Shown: piece after piece, positions 1 to 8,184 of the stretch
Layout of the letters: each line of letters starts with the position of its first letter
How positions within the stretch are numbered: the stretch's first letter is position 1
Assembly: GCA_964409875.1 (NCBI GenBank)
Contig: CAYPEN010000003.1
Coordinates: 557-64,556, forward strand
DNA from: an uncultured Gammaproteobacteria bacterium
Lineage (GTDB): Bacteria; Patescibacteriota; Microgenomatia; Levybacterales; GWA1-39-11
Direction: 5' to 3'
Length of the DNA: 64,000 nt
The notes under the pieces: model-generated
What the model was told of the DNA's origin: nothing
The model's database searches: none
The model's input: the letters and a program-made list of their open reading frames with translations, nothing else
Translations under genes and position numbers: made by a program

Positions 1-714
1 GATATAATAATTCTAACGATTGAGGAAATCGACAAGATAATCAATACGAAGCTCGATTATGGTAGCCAGTATGGTAAGGATATGTCTTTTCTTGATTTTA
101 GATACAGAACTTTAGTTATGTTTTTGGCAGAAACTGGTTGTAGATATGGAGAAGCAGAAAACCTTTTAGTTAAAAGAATTGATATTAGTGCTGGAAGAGC
201 AACTTTTGTAAATACAAAAACTAACGAAAACAGAAGTGTGTATTTTACTGACCCTCTAAAATCAGACCTAGCGAAACTTATTGAAGGGAGAAAACCAAAT
301 GACCATGTATTTCGCAACTCTAAAGAAATACAGGTAAGAGCATCAGATTTCAGCCAGGATTTGAAAAGGCGAGCGAAAAAAGCTGGAGTGATGAAAAGAG
401 TACACCCACATATTTTCCGTCATTCTTATGCTACCCACATGCTAGAGACTGGAGTTCCAGAAACACAGGTCGCTTCTCTTGGAGGCTGGAAAGATATTAG
501 AACCCTTTATGAAGTATATGCGCATCTTGCAGATAGGACTTTAAGACAGGCGGCCATGAGACATCCATTGGTTAGAAAAAATATAGACCCCCGAGAAATA
601 TTAAGGATAGTAAAGGAAGGCATCGACAAGTATCATTTAGATGAAGATGGGAGATTCGATGTTAAATTGAGTGTGGGCAATAAAGGTTTATCAATAACTA
701 TTGATATCTTATGA
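1..714 (+). CDS. Tyrosine recombinase/integrase, 5'-truncated by window edge
   Basis: Frame open from base 1. Motifs ETGCRYGE (R), NTKT (K), HIFRHSYAT (HxxR), LGGW (W in place of second His), YEVYAH (Tyr nucleophile). Confidence 0.92.
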   Translation, partial: DIIILTIEEIDKIINTKLDYGSQYGKDMSFLDFRYRTLVMFLAETGCRYGEAENLLVKRIDISAGRATFVNTKTNENRSVYFTDPLKSDLAKLIEGRKPNDHVFRNSKEIQVRASDFSQDLKRRAKKAGVMKRVHPHIFRHSYATHMLETGVPETQVASLGGWKDIRTLYEVYAHLADRTLRQAAMRHPLVRKNIDPREILRIVKEGIDKYHLDEDGRFDVKLSVGNKGLSITIDIL

Positions 715-728
715 TTTTAGCCTGGAAG

Positions 729-896
729 TCATTTTGAGAATAACTCCACAGCCTCTAACCACAAGGTGCTCAGTTCGTCATAATTCTTCGCGTGAATCCA
801 CGAATAAACAACACGTGATTTATAGCAAGGACTGGTATATGTATACTTTTCATTTTTTCTCCTCTTAAATCGCAAAATAGCGTAACTTCTAAGCAC
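729..896 (-). CDS. Small hypothetical protein (55 aa, below ORF-track cutoff)
   Basis: GTG at 896 overlaps the end of the 889-1170 ORF; reads VLRSYAILRFKRRKNEKYTYTSPCYKSRVVYSWIHAKNYDELSTLWLEAVELFSK*. Confidence 0.35.
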   Translation of the reverse strand: MLRSYAILRFKRRKNEKYTYTSPCYKSRVVYSWIHAKNYDELSTLWLEAVELFSK

Positions 897-1170
897 AAAT
901 TTGCTTTAAAATTTCACTGTCTAGACGAAGAGTTATAAATTCTCCGTCTTGTGTATTTTTTAACAATTTAAGTACATTTTTTTTAGCAACTTTTCTTCCA
1001 GACAACTTAGTTTGTTGAATTATGAAATGTAGGAGTGGATAGTCACCAATTACATCCCACTTTGGACTAATTCTTAAATCCTTATATATGGAAAAAAGCG
1101 TAGCTTTCCTTATAAGTGAAGTTCTAATAATAGATTTAGTAGATTGTAAATCCTGATATTTGTAATTCAT
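889..1170 (-). CDS. Hypothetical protein
   Basis: 93-aa ORF co-oriented with the leftward island operon. Confidence 0.5.
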   Translation of the reverse strand: MNYKYQDLQSTKSIIRTSLIRKATLFSIYKDLRISPKWDVIGDYPLLHFIIQQTKLSGRKVAKKNVLKLLKNTQDGEFITLRLDSEILKQICA

Positions 1171-1184
1171 AAATACTCTTACAC

Positions 1185-1300
1185 GTGCATTAAATGCTTT
1201 TAATGCACTAAGTTAATTGTTTATTTAATGATTATATTTGTAGGAACTCAGTTTCCCTATGATAGTGAAATTTATTTCTCTATCTCCAGAAATTGATTTC
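1185..1300. repeat. Putative replication origin: 10-bp inverted repeat, AT-rich tract, three iteron-like palindromes
   Basis: GTGCATTAAA/TTTAATGCAC (1185-1208); GAACTCAGTTTC (1244), GAAATTTATTTC (1267), GAAATTGATTTC (1289) at 22-23 bp spacing directly after the wHTH gene. Confidence 0.45.
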
Positions 1301-1312
1301 TCCCCTTGCACA

Positions 1313-1630
1313 TTATTCATATACCCTTAATTGACCTAATTCATAAAGTAAACCTGTGAAGTAGTATGAATTATGTTGTGGGTGTTTACCTGCCTTTTTC
1401 CAACCAATAAGCCTGTTGTCTTTGAGCTCTTTTAGCAAATTACCGATTTGTCTCGTAGATACGCCAATATCCTTTGCAAGAGTGCTTCTACTAGGAAAAC
1501 ATCTCCCGTCAAGACCTGCATATAGCAATAGGTTCATAAGTAAAAGCCTTGCTGTGGGAGAGATATTATTATCCCTAAGCACTTCTCTTAATCCTTCAAA
1601 ACTAATTTTGTATGTTTGACCGTCTTCCAT
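1313..1630 (-). CDS. Winged-helix (HTH_36-like) protein, phage replication-initiator N-terminal type
   Basis: ISPTARLLLMNLLLYAG..CFPSRSTLAKDIGVSTRQIGNLLKELKDNRLI..NSYY pattern typical of wHTH initiators. Confidence 0.75.
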   Translation of the reverse strand: MEDGQTYKISFEGLREVLRDNNISPTARLLLMNLLLYAGLDGRCFPSRSTLAKDIGVSTRQIGNLLKELKDNRLIGWKKAGKHPQHNSYYFTGLLYELGQLRVYE

Positions 1631-1641
1631 AGTCTTTATAC

Positions 1642-1695
1642 GAAAAAGGGTTCGTTTTAATGCTCATGTATTAACTTTAAGCACTAAAACGAACC
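1642..1695 (-). terminator. Intrinsic terminator/attenuator-like hairpin upstream of the wHTH gene
   Basis: 18-bp stem 1649-1666/1678-1695; both mismatches are G.U only on the minus strand; followed by CUUUUUC. Confidence 0.6.
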
Positions 1696-1724
1696 AAACA
1701 ACACTTACCGAAACTACTATTTAG

Positions 1725-2033
1725 CTAGTCTTTTTTTTGTCGGTATTTTTTTCGCAAATCCTCAATAACTCTTTGTTTTTCTTTCACTGCCTCGTGCATC
1801 ACATTGTCTATTTGTGTCGCAAGTTCATTCTCTTTGGCTTTTTCTGCAAGCTCTTTCAGCCAAGAGGGAGGAACAGCAATAAACGAATTCTCAACGTTAT
1901 AAACGTGAGCATACAAAGGAAAAACGTTTCTGTTGAAATCATTTTTAATCGCGGAGGCACTGGTTTTTGTTTTTGAATTAGAAAGTGCAGAAGCACTTTT
2001 CAATTCAATCTTAATACCAGCAATAAATGACAT
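1725..2033 (-). CDS. Hypothetical protein with C-terminal coiled coil
   Basis: 102-aa ORF directly behind a consensus promoter. Confidence 0.6.
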   Translation of the reverse strand: MSFIAGIKIELKSASALSNSKTKTSASAIKNDFNRNVFPLYAHVYNVENSFIAVPPSWLKELAEKAKENELATQIDNVMHEAVKEKQRVIEDLRKKYRQKKD

Positions 2034-2039
2034 GGAGTT

Positions 2040-2068
2040 AGTATACCATTACTGCGGTATGGTGTCAA
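2040..2068 (-). promoter_or_regulatory. Sigma70-type promoter, leaderless, with palindromic spacer
   Basis: TTGACA (2068-2063), 17 nt, TATACT (2045-2040) with extended TG; ATG 6 nt downstream; ACCAT..ATGGT inverted repeat in the spacer. Confidence 0.75.
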
Positions 2069-2091
2069 GTGCCAAAATAAATCTGCCTTTT

Positions 2092-2100
2092 TGCTATAAT
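2092..2100 (+). promoter_or_regulatory. Extended -10 promoter driving the structured RNA
   Basis: TGCTATAAT; predicted TSS about 2107. Confidence 0.6.
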
Positions 2101-2106
2101 AACCTT

Positions 2107-2253
2107 AATTAAGTTGCCTAAACTTACAGAAATGTAGGCATGGCAGAGAAACGTTCAACGCAAAGAACCCTCGTCAGGGCGCGTTGAACGTCATGTTTCC
2201 GAAAGGGGCATGGGGCCGAAAGGCCTACTGACGGGGGCTTTTTGATAGCCCGA
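2107..2253 (+). ncRNA. Unclassified structured RNA or 5' leader with three GAAA tetraloops and a pseudoknot
   Basis: GC-rich patch. Hairpins 2115-2140, 2151-2191 (11-bp perfect), 2192-2212, 2214-2225; loop 2168-2177 complementary to 2228-2237; G.U pairs favour the + strand. Confidence 0.7.
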
Positions 2254-2262
2254 GATTTAACA

Positions 2263-3075
2263 ATGGAAATCCCAAACTGGATTAAAAGTTATTGGAAAAA
2301 AAGTAAGTTCTCCAAAGCTGTTGTTATGATACTTGCTATGATTTTATGGCCAATAACTGCAGTGATTATATGGACTTCAATAAAAGGAGTAAAAAAAGAA
2401 TGGAAGAGGAAAATTTTACAAAGTATCTTCATATTCTTATCAGTTCTTTTTTTAATAACCTGGCTAGTATTTGCACTGGGAATTGTAGTTTCAAATAAAA
2501 ATAAATCGAATGTAAGCAGTGTCAGTCCTACACCTATGCTTACTCAGCAAGGTGATTGTCTTGGGCCAGACGGGAAATGGATACAATTAAGTCCCGATGA
2601 ATGTCAGAAATTCAACGACGCATGGAAAAACCCTCCCCAACAAAACCAAGAACAAACGCAGGCACAACAACCTACATCTACACCAGTTATAAGCAAGGAA
2701 TATGACAAAAACAAAGGAAACAACTATGTAGCGGCACAGGCAGCAGAAGCTATGCAGAGCATAATAGATAAAGCCGCTGAAGGGGCAGTGTTAAATGTAT
2801 TCATTGAGCTTTCACCAGAAGACCCAAGTGGAAAAACAGAAGAAGAATATAAAGGCTCATTGACCAGTGCATTTGTACAGATTCAAGTATCTCAATCGTT
2901 CTGGAATAGCTTAACTGATGATTACAAGAAGGATTTGGTTGCAAGCTTTGTAACCAGTGTAGGAAATATTTTCCCAAGACCCTATCCTCATGTTTACGTA
3001 AACAATGGAGTACGCGAAGTAGCAACGGGAGAATACAACCTGCTTAAAAGTGAGGCTCAAGTTAAACTGAAATAG
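2263..3075 (+). CDS. Membrane-anchored hypothetical protein (2 TM, CLGPDG..C motif, Gln/Pro linker, C-terminal globular domain)
   Basis: ORF 2242-3075; ATG 2263 preferred because the TTG lies inside the RNA structure. Confidence 0.75.
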   Translation: MEIPNWIKSYWKKSKFSKAVVMILAMILWPITAVIIWTSIKGVKKEWKRKILQSIFIFLSVLFLITWLVFALGIVVSNKNKSNVSSVSPTPMLTQQGDCLGPDGKWIQLSPDECQKFNDAWKNPPQQNQEQTQAQQPTSTPVISKEYDKNKGNNYVAAQAAEAMQSIIDKAAEGAVLNVFIELSPEDPSGKTEEEYKGSLTSAFVQIQVSQSFWNSLTDDYKKDLVASFVTSVGNIFPRPYPHVYVNNGVREVATGEYNLLKSEAQVKLK

Positions 3076-3393
3076 GTTTTCGACAAGAATTTTTCCCTAT
3101 TTTTTCAAAGCGACTTTTAGGAAAACCTATAATGGCCGAGAATTGACTTCGTCTATAGTAGGTTAATCTAATAATAGAAAATCCGACCAGGCCCTATATA
3201 TACTTAGTAGAAGTTTTGAAATATAAATCAGAAACAGACATTAACTTAGTTGATTCTTATCAAATATTATAAACTCTTATGTCTTTTGATGAAAAACTAT
3301 ATAAACTTTGTATACAAAATATATACATTTATATTTTATTGATATATTTTTTCCTGAAATATCATACTCGATTTGTTAGAATAGTCGTTAAAT

Positions 3394-3957
3394 ATGGCAA
3401 AAATCTCGACAGACCACCTGTACTCGCTCAATTTTGAGTACTTAATGATGATGTTGTTTCCGAAGGGAGATAGTCCTGTTGCATCTTTTGCAGACGATGA
3501 GCAATATGTTAAAACATGGTTGAGAAAAGCAATTAAGAAGTTTATCAAAGAAGTTAACACACTCGATACAACTCAAAGACATAAAGATGTATTGATACTT
3601 CATCTTGAGAGCATAAACCGTCGATTAAACGGTGGAAACATTTGGGAGATAATTTTTGATTTATTCAACGTAATAGCTCGACTATTTGGCTACGATTATC
3701 ATAAGGGTCAAAAGCTTTTAACAGCTATATATTCAGAAACACCTTATCAACATTTTTGGAGTGGATTGCATGCGGGTGAAGACTGGAAAAAGCAAAACGG
3801 AATAAGAGAATCTTTTATCAGAAAAAGGATAGAGTTAATTAAGCAGTTGAAAAAAGATGGGTATTCGACTTTTGATATATCGCAGATATTCAATACAACT
3901 GACTACGAAATCAAGAAAATACTTAGAGAAACGAGCCGAAGTAAAAGGGAAAAGTGA
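3394..3957 (+). CDS. Hypothetical protein with C-terminal HTH
   Basis: LKKDGYSTFDISQIFNTTDYEIKKIL resembles an HTH. Confidence 0.65.
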   Translation: MAKISTDHLYSLNFEYLMMMLFPKGDSPVASFADDEQYVKTWLRKAIKKFIKEVNTLDTTQRHKDVLILHLESINRRLNGGNIWEIIFDLFNVIARLFGYDYHKGQKLLTAIYSETPYQHFWSGLHAGEDWKKQNGIRESFIRKRIELIKQLKKDGYSTFDISQIFNTTDYEIKKILRETSRSKREK

Positions 3958-4155
3958 TGCATGGTTTCATAGCGTGAAAAGTGGAACTATAAGACACTCC
4001 ATTTTTTTATCTAGCTTCAAAACTGATTTTATGTCGCATAACTAGCTTCATTTTTATGTCTTAGAATATTTATTTTGCGTCATGAGATATGGTTTGATAT
4101 AGAGCTTCAAATTAAACACACATATTTAAAAAGAGCATTTGCTATAATTGAATTA

Positions 4156-4581
4156 ATGATTGTCAATATATTAATTTCTGTAGTAGCTTATCTTGTTTTA
4201 ATGTATGTGAGCGTTAATTTACTGGGTCTTCTTGTAAGAGGCTTGTTTACAAATCCTGAACTCGATAAATTAAAAAGCGAAGGACACGAATTCATTAAAA
4301 AAGAAATTGAAAAATCCCAGCGAGCTGACAAATGGATTAATGTTTTTGCACTGATATTAATCATTGGGTATTTTTATGCGTTGTTTCATTTTTGGAATAT
4401 AGGAGTGGTTGCAGTGGCGATAATAATTATGGTGGGAAGACTACCTGATTTAGTATGGGAGATTAAACATGGGAAAAAAGTTGACCCTAATTTGATGAAG
4501 CATAATGCAATGTACTACATTACGTCTTTTTTACCATGGATTGGATTACCTCTTTTGTATTACTTTCTCTATGTAATCTAG
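4156..4581 (+). CDS. Integral membrane hypothetical protein (about 4 TM)
   Basis: Hydrophobic ORF; ATG 4156 lies 7 nt after TGCTATAAT. Confidence 0.7.
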   Translation: MIVNILISVVAYLVLMYVSVNLLGLLVRGLFTNPELDKLKSEGHEFIKKEIEKSQRADKWINVFALILIIGYFYALFHFWNIGVVAVAIIIMVGRLPDLVWEIKHGKKVDPNLMKHNAMYYITSFLPWIGLPLLYYFLYVI

Positions 4582-4585
4582 GAGT

Positions 4586-5065
4586 ATGAGCATCGATTTA
4601 ACTAAAAGAGCAGAAAAACTTGACAATATGCGTTTGAAAGGTATGGCCGAAAAATTATCGCTAGAAGAGGCTGAAAATATTGTATCAGTTTGGGGAGTAC
4701 ATCTTGAGCATATGGGTGGTATTAGAATGCTTTTTGGGATTAGTATTCCCGAATCAATTCTGCCTTATCCAATTGTTATTCTACAGGGCGCTCTAAATAA
4801 AATGGAAGCATATTATCATGCACAAGGTATACATGATAGGGTTAAACTTCTTGAGAGTACTGAAATGGAGCTTATGCAATATACAACTGATGAAGAGGCG
4901 ATAAAGGAAGCATTAACAAATTTGGGTAATAATAAAATGAAGGATGTTTTAATTGAGGGTCTTAAAGATTATCAAAAAACCCAAATGGAAAATGGCTATT
5001 TAGTAGATAAGAGACTCTTTAAACTAAGTAAACCCCGTATAGAAGAACTTATAAAAGACATTTAG
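4586..5065 (+). CDS. Hypothetical protein
   Basis: 159-aa ORF with AGGAG immediately upstream. Confidence 0.7.
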   Translation: MSIDLTKRAEKLDNMRLKGMAEKLSLEEAENIVSVWGVHLEHMGGIRMLFGISIPESILPYPIVILQGALNKMEAYYHAQGIHDRVKLLESTEMELMQYTTDEEAIKEALTNLGNNKMKDVLIEGLKDYQKTQMENGYLVDKRLFKLSKPRIEELIKDI

Positions 5066-5204
5066 GAAAATTAGCTTACAGATGATGGGCGCATTTATTA
5101 GGAAAAACCGATAGATTTTGTCTCCAAGAAAAATACTCCTTAATTATTCTGAGCAGGGTGCAATTTTTGGCTTCAAAGCAGGCTATTGATGTTATAATCC
5201 TGGT

Positions 5205-6278
5205 ATGCAGAAGAGGTCAATTAAGAAAGCAAAATTTAGAAGACGACAGGTAGAAAGAATATTTAAATACGAAGTCAGTAAAAGACTTTATCTAAAAAAG
5301 GCACGGTACGAAAGGCTTCCAAATAGAATTAAACAGGGCAGAGGAAGAAGATTTATAAATGATTCTAAACACGTTAAGCAGGAAATTTGTGAGGCCCCTG
5401 CTACATTTTCACTAATTGAAAATACTACAGAAGTGATATCTTATTTTGATAAAGCCAAGAAATCCCTTGCGACAGATATACCAGTCGATTTTGATTTAAG
5501 CAAGATTGTAAAAATGGGACCTGAAACCCTAACATATTTATGTGCCTTCATTAATGAAGATAAACTTACGCACAACACCGCCCTCAAGGGCAATACGCCA
5601 AAAGACCCAAAAGTAAAGGAAATGTTCCAGAAGTCAGGCTTCTATAATTTTGTGATGTTAGATTCAGTACCTGAATATTATAGCAGGGAAATTGCTGATG
5701 ATATGATTCATAGAATAACAAGGGAAAAAGTAGAGTCTGAATTGGCAGGTTTAGTTTGTAAGGCGGCTATGAAACATTCGTTTGATAGCGAGGATTTTAA
5801 AAAGCAAAACTTCTATCCAATCTTGATTGAGTGTATGGCTAACACACTGAACCATGCTAATTACATAAACAAAGAAGAAATTTATAATTGGTGGCTTCTT
5901 GCTTACAAAGAGCCTAACACAAAAATTACAAAATTTTGTTTTATTGATTTGGGAGTAGGTATATTTAGTTCGTTGGAAGATAAGTACAAAAAAAAGAAAC
6001 TGGCCGAACTATTAAAATGGTTTATTCCAAATAAACATAAGGAAACTTTAGAGAGAATATTTAAAGGTGAGAGAAGAACATCTACAAAGAACTTAAGAGG
6101 GAGAGGGCAAGGGCTTAATTACATTTATCAACTCGTTAAAAAAGATGGAACAATTAAGAATTTTACACTCATAAGTAATGATATTATTGCTAAAATCGGG
6201 TATAATACAGGGGACAAGATTGTGAAAATGAATAAAAATTTCATTGGGACAATGTATTATTGGGAAATAGCTCCGTAA
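5205..6278 (+). CDS. STAS-like + HATPase_c (anti-sigma kinase-like) protein
   Basis: N box LIECMANTLNHA, G1 box FIDLGVGI, G2 box RGRGQGL; upstream STAS-like segment FDLSKIVKMGPETL. Confidence 0.8.
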   Translation: MQKRSIKKAKFRRRQVERIFKYEVSKRLYLKKARYERLPNRIKQGRGRRFINDSKHVKQEICEAPATFSLIENTTEVISYFDKAKKSLATDIPVDFDLSKIVKMGPETLTYLCAFINEDKLTHNTALKGNTPKDPKVKEMFQKSGFYNFVMLDSVPEYYSREIADDMIHRITREKVESELAGLVCKAAMKHSFDSEDFKKQNFYPILIECMANTLNHANYINKEEIYNWWLLAYKEPNTKITKFCFIDLGVGIFSSLEDKYKKKKLAELLKWFIPNKHKETLERIFKGERRTSTKNLRGRGQGLNYIYQLVKKDGTIKNFTLISNDIIAKIGYNTGDKIVKMNKNFIGTMYYWEIAP

Positions 6279-6280
6279 TT

Positions 6281-6613
6281 ATGAACTACACAGATATAAA
6301 AATTGCTGAAGATTTTAGTATTTACCCTGGTGCAAGATATAAGACTGATGGTAATTTCTCGGGAGAGCAGTTTTATGAAGATTTATTAAAGTCTAAACTA
6401 ACCGAAATTTGGGACGATGAGGATAAAGGAATAAGAATTGATTTTGATGGTACCTTTGGATACGCATCGTCTTTTATATCAGAAGTATTTATTAGAACCG
6501 TCAAGGATTTTAAAGACAAAAAAAAGATTAAAAAAAAGCTAGAATTTAAATCTGATGATGAGCCGTTATTAATAAAAGCGATTTTGCAAATAATAGACGA
6601 GGCAGAGGAATAG
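6281..6613 (+). CDS. DUF4325-like STAS-domain protein
   Basis: PGARYKTDGNFSGEQFYE..IDFDGTFGYASSFISEVF pattern. Confidence 0.8.
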   Translation: MNYTDIKIAEDFSIYPGARYKTDGNFSGEQFYEDLLKSKLTEIWDDEDKGIRIDFDGTFGYASSFISEVFIRTVKDFKDKKKIKKKLEFKSDDEPLLIKAILQIIDEAEE

Positions 6614-7200
6614 TGAGATTTAATAAAACGACATTATTAGTTATATTATGTATTTATCTCTTTGGTGTAATATCTGGGGCTTTTCTGAATGATATTCCAA
6701 ATATTACTTTTAAAAAAGAGATGTCTTTGGGTGAAACCGCAAATTTTATTTTAGCCGTATTTATTGCTATATATATACCTTTTTTCCTCGATAAGAAAAT
6801 TAATAACAAAAGAATTGAGAAGGATATCATTATACAAGCCAGTGGTAATTTAAATGGTGAATTATATGATTTAAAGAAAACAATAATTGACCCTCTTCAC
6901 GTTTCTCAAAGAATAGTTAAGCAAAGCGAGGTCAAAACTATACTAATCAGAACCAGGAGTATAAGCAATATGTTGGGCCTATTAATAAAAAATGTTAAAC
7001 CCTATGTATCAGATAAAGATATAAAGAAAATTACAGAGGAACTTGAGAATAACCAACTTACATTTTGGACAGACTTAACCTTCAATCTTAAAGACAAAAA
7101 TCCTAAAATTACACAAGAGGTCTATCTTCGAACAGAGAAAAATATAAATACTTATTCAGGGAATATATCCGCTTTGATAATGCGTATTAATGGTTTTTGA
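6613..7200 (+). CDS. 2-TM protein with C-terminal helical domain
   Basis: GTG overlaps the upstream TAG; two N-terminal hydrophobic helices. Confidence 0.7.
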   Translation: MRFNKTTLLVILCIYLFGVISGAFLNDIPNITFKKEMSLGETANFILAVFIAIYIPFFLDKKINNKRIEKDIIIQASGNLNGELYDLKKTIIDPLHVSQRIVKQSEVKTILIRTRSISNMLGLLIKNVKPYVSDKDIKKITEELENNQLTFWTDLTFNLKDKNPKITQEVYLRTEKNINTYSGNISALIMRINGF

Positions 7201-7456
7201 GTGATTTTATATTATATTGACTTCTGAATTCTAAACTGCTAAATTCATCTTGTACTTTGAAGACATAAAAACACTTTCTGTTTCAAGGAGTGTGTAATAA
7301 GTATTTGAAGCTAAAAACAAGTCCTGTCTTATAAATCCCTGCATTTCTAAGGCAAAAAAACTAGGCGGAATACTGCATGTCTGTCGCCATTTCAAGACAG
7401 AAGAATAAAATTTCTCAGATTCGATAGGATTTTGCGAAAGTGATATTATAGCTCGT

Positions 7457-8119
7457 ATGGGTATTGGAAACTTCAAGATTGTTCGCAAAAATAGAAAATC
7501 AATTGCAATTGTAATTTTGCCTACTGGACAGGTAGAAGTAAGAGCTCCAAAATTTATTCCGGAATTTGCTATCAAGGCATTTATAAAAAGCAAAAGTGAG
7601 TGGATAAAAGAAAGGCAAGAATACGTTCTTAAAAGCAAAACAGAGCCTAAAAAATTTGCCAACGGTGAAAAATTCTTATTTTTGGGAAAAGAATATTCTC
7701 TGCTGCTTGGTCCTTCACCACACATCGAAATAATCGATAGTACATTGCACTTTCCGCTAGCTCTAGCCAAGAATGGTCACAGTATGCTTGAAAAATGGTA
7801 CATAAAGCAGGCAAAACAAGTTATTAAAAATCTTGTGGAGGAATGCTCCAGGGAAATGGAATTGCCATATAATGGAATTTCATTCTCGGACACGCGATCT
7901 AAATGGGGTTCTTGTACCCCCGACAACAGATTGCAGTTCAATTGGCGACTCATTATGGCGCCCCTCCTTGTAATTCGGTACGTCGTAATACATGAATTGG
8001 TCCATACGGTTGAGAAGAATCACAAAACACTTTTTTGGAATAGAGTCCGTGCAAAAAATCCAAGTTACAAAAACCAAATTAAGTGGCTAAAAGCAAACGG
8101 CAATGCATTGAAAGTATAG
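7457..8119 (+). CDS. YgjP/DUF45 (SprT-like/M48) metal-dependent hydrolase
   Basis: SKWGSC, LQFNWRLI, YVVIHELVH (HExxH), NH..FW. Confidence 0.9.
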   Translation: MGIGNFKIVRKNRKSIAIVILPTGQVEVRAPKFIPEFAIKAFIKSKSEWIKERQEYVLKSKTEPKKFANGEKFLFLGKEYSLLLGPSPHIEIIDSTLHFPLALAKNGHSMLEKWYIKQAKQVIKNLVEECSREMELPYNGISFSDTRSKWGSCTPDNRLQFNWRLIMAPLLVIRYVVIHELVHTVEKNHKTLFWNRVRAKNPSYKNQIKWLKANGNALKV

Positions 8120-8184
8120 ATGTGAAATATCTCAAATCTTTAGAGAGTTAAAAAGCTTCGTTATTACCTAATTCGTAAAAAGAC

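Larger units (their letters stand above)
1..7400. mobile_element. Integrative genomic island / phage-satellite-like element (left end outside window, right end approximate)
   Basis: Integrase, convergent small ORFs including wHTH/rep-like gene, divergent promoters and orphan cargo genes; housekeeping-type genes resume at 7457. No att site identified. Confidence 0.6.

Noticed and set aside
2168-2202. Hammerhead ribozyme on the minus strand (CUGACGAG and GAAAC present)
   Set aside because: Stems I and II cannot be formed in the required order; tetraloops and G.U pairs favour the + strand.
2107-2253. tmRNA, HDV-like or pistol ribozyme, or fluoride riboswitch identity for the RNA
   Set aside because: No tRNA-like ends, the uORF lacks a hydrophobic tag C-terminus, there is no HDV P3/P1.1, and pistol and fluoride conserved nucleotides are absent.
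1-7200. Integron with gene cassettes
   Set aside because: The integrase lacks an evident IntI insertion, and no RYYYAAC..GTTRRRY attC folds were found between cargo genes.
7380-7440. tmRNA 5'-like text (TTCTCAGATTCGATAGGATTTTGCGAAA) and CGCCA as a possible attR remnant
   Set aside because: No acceptor stem or T-arm; overlaps the promoter of the 7457 gene; cannot be paired with an attL inside the window.
7231-7770. 179-aa minus-strand ORF
   Set aside because: Largely antisense to the well-supported YgjP-like gene; no motifs.
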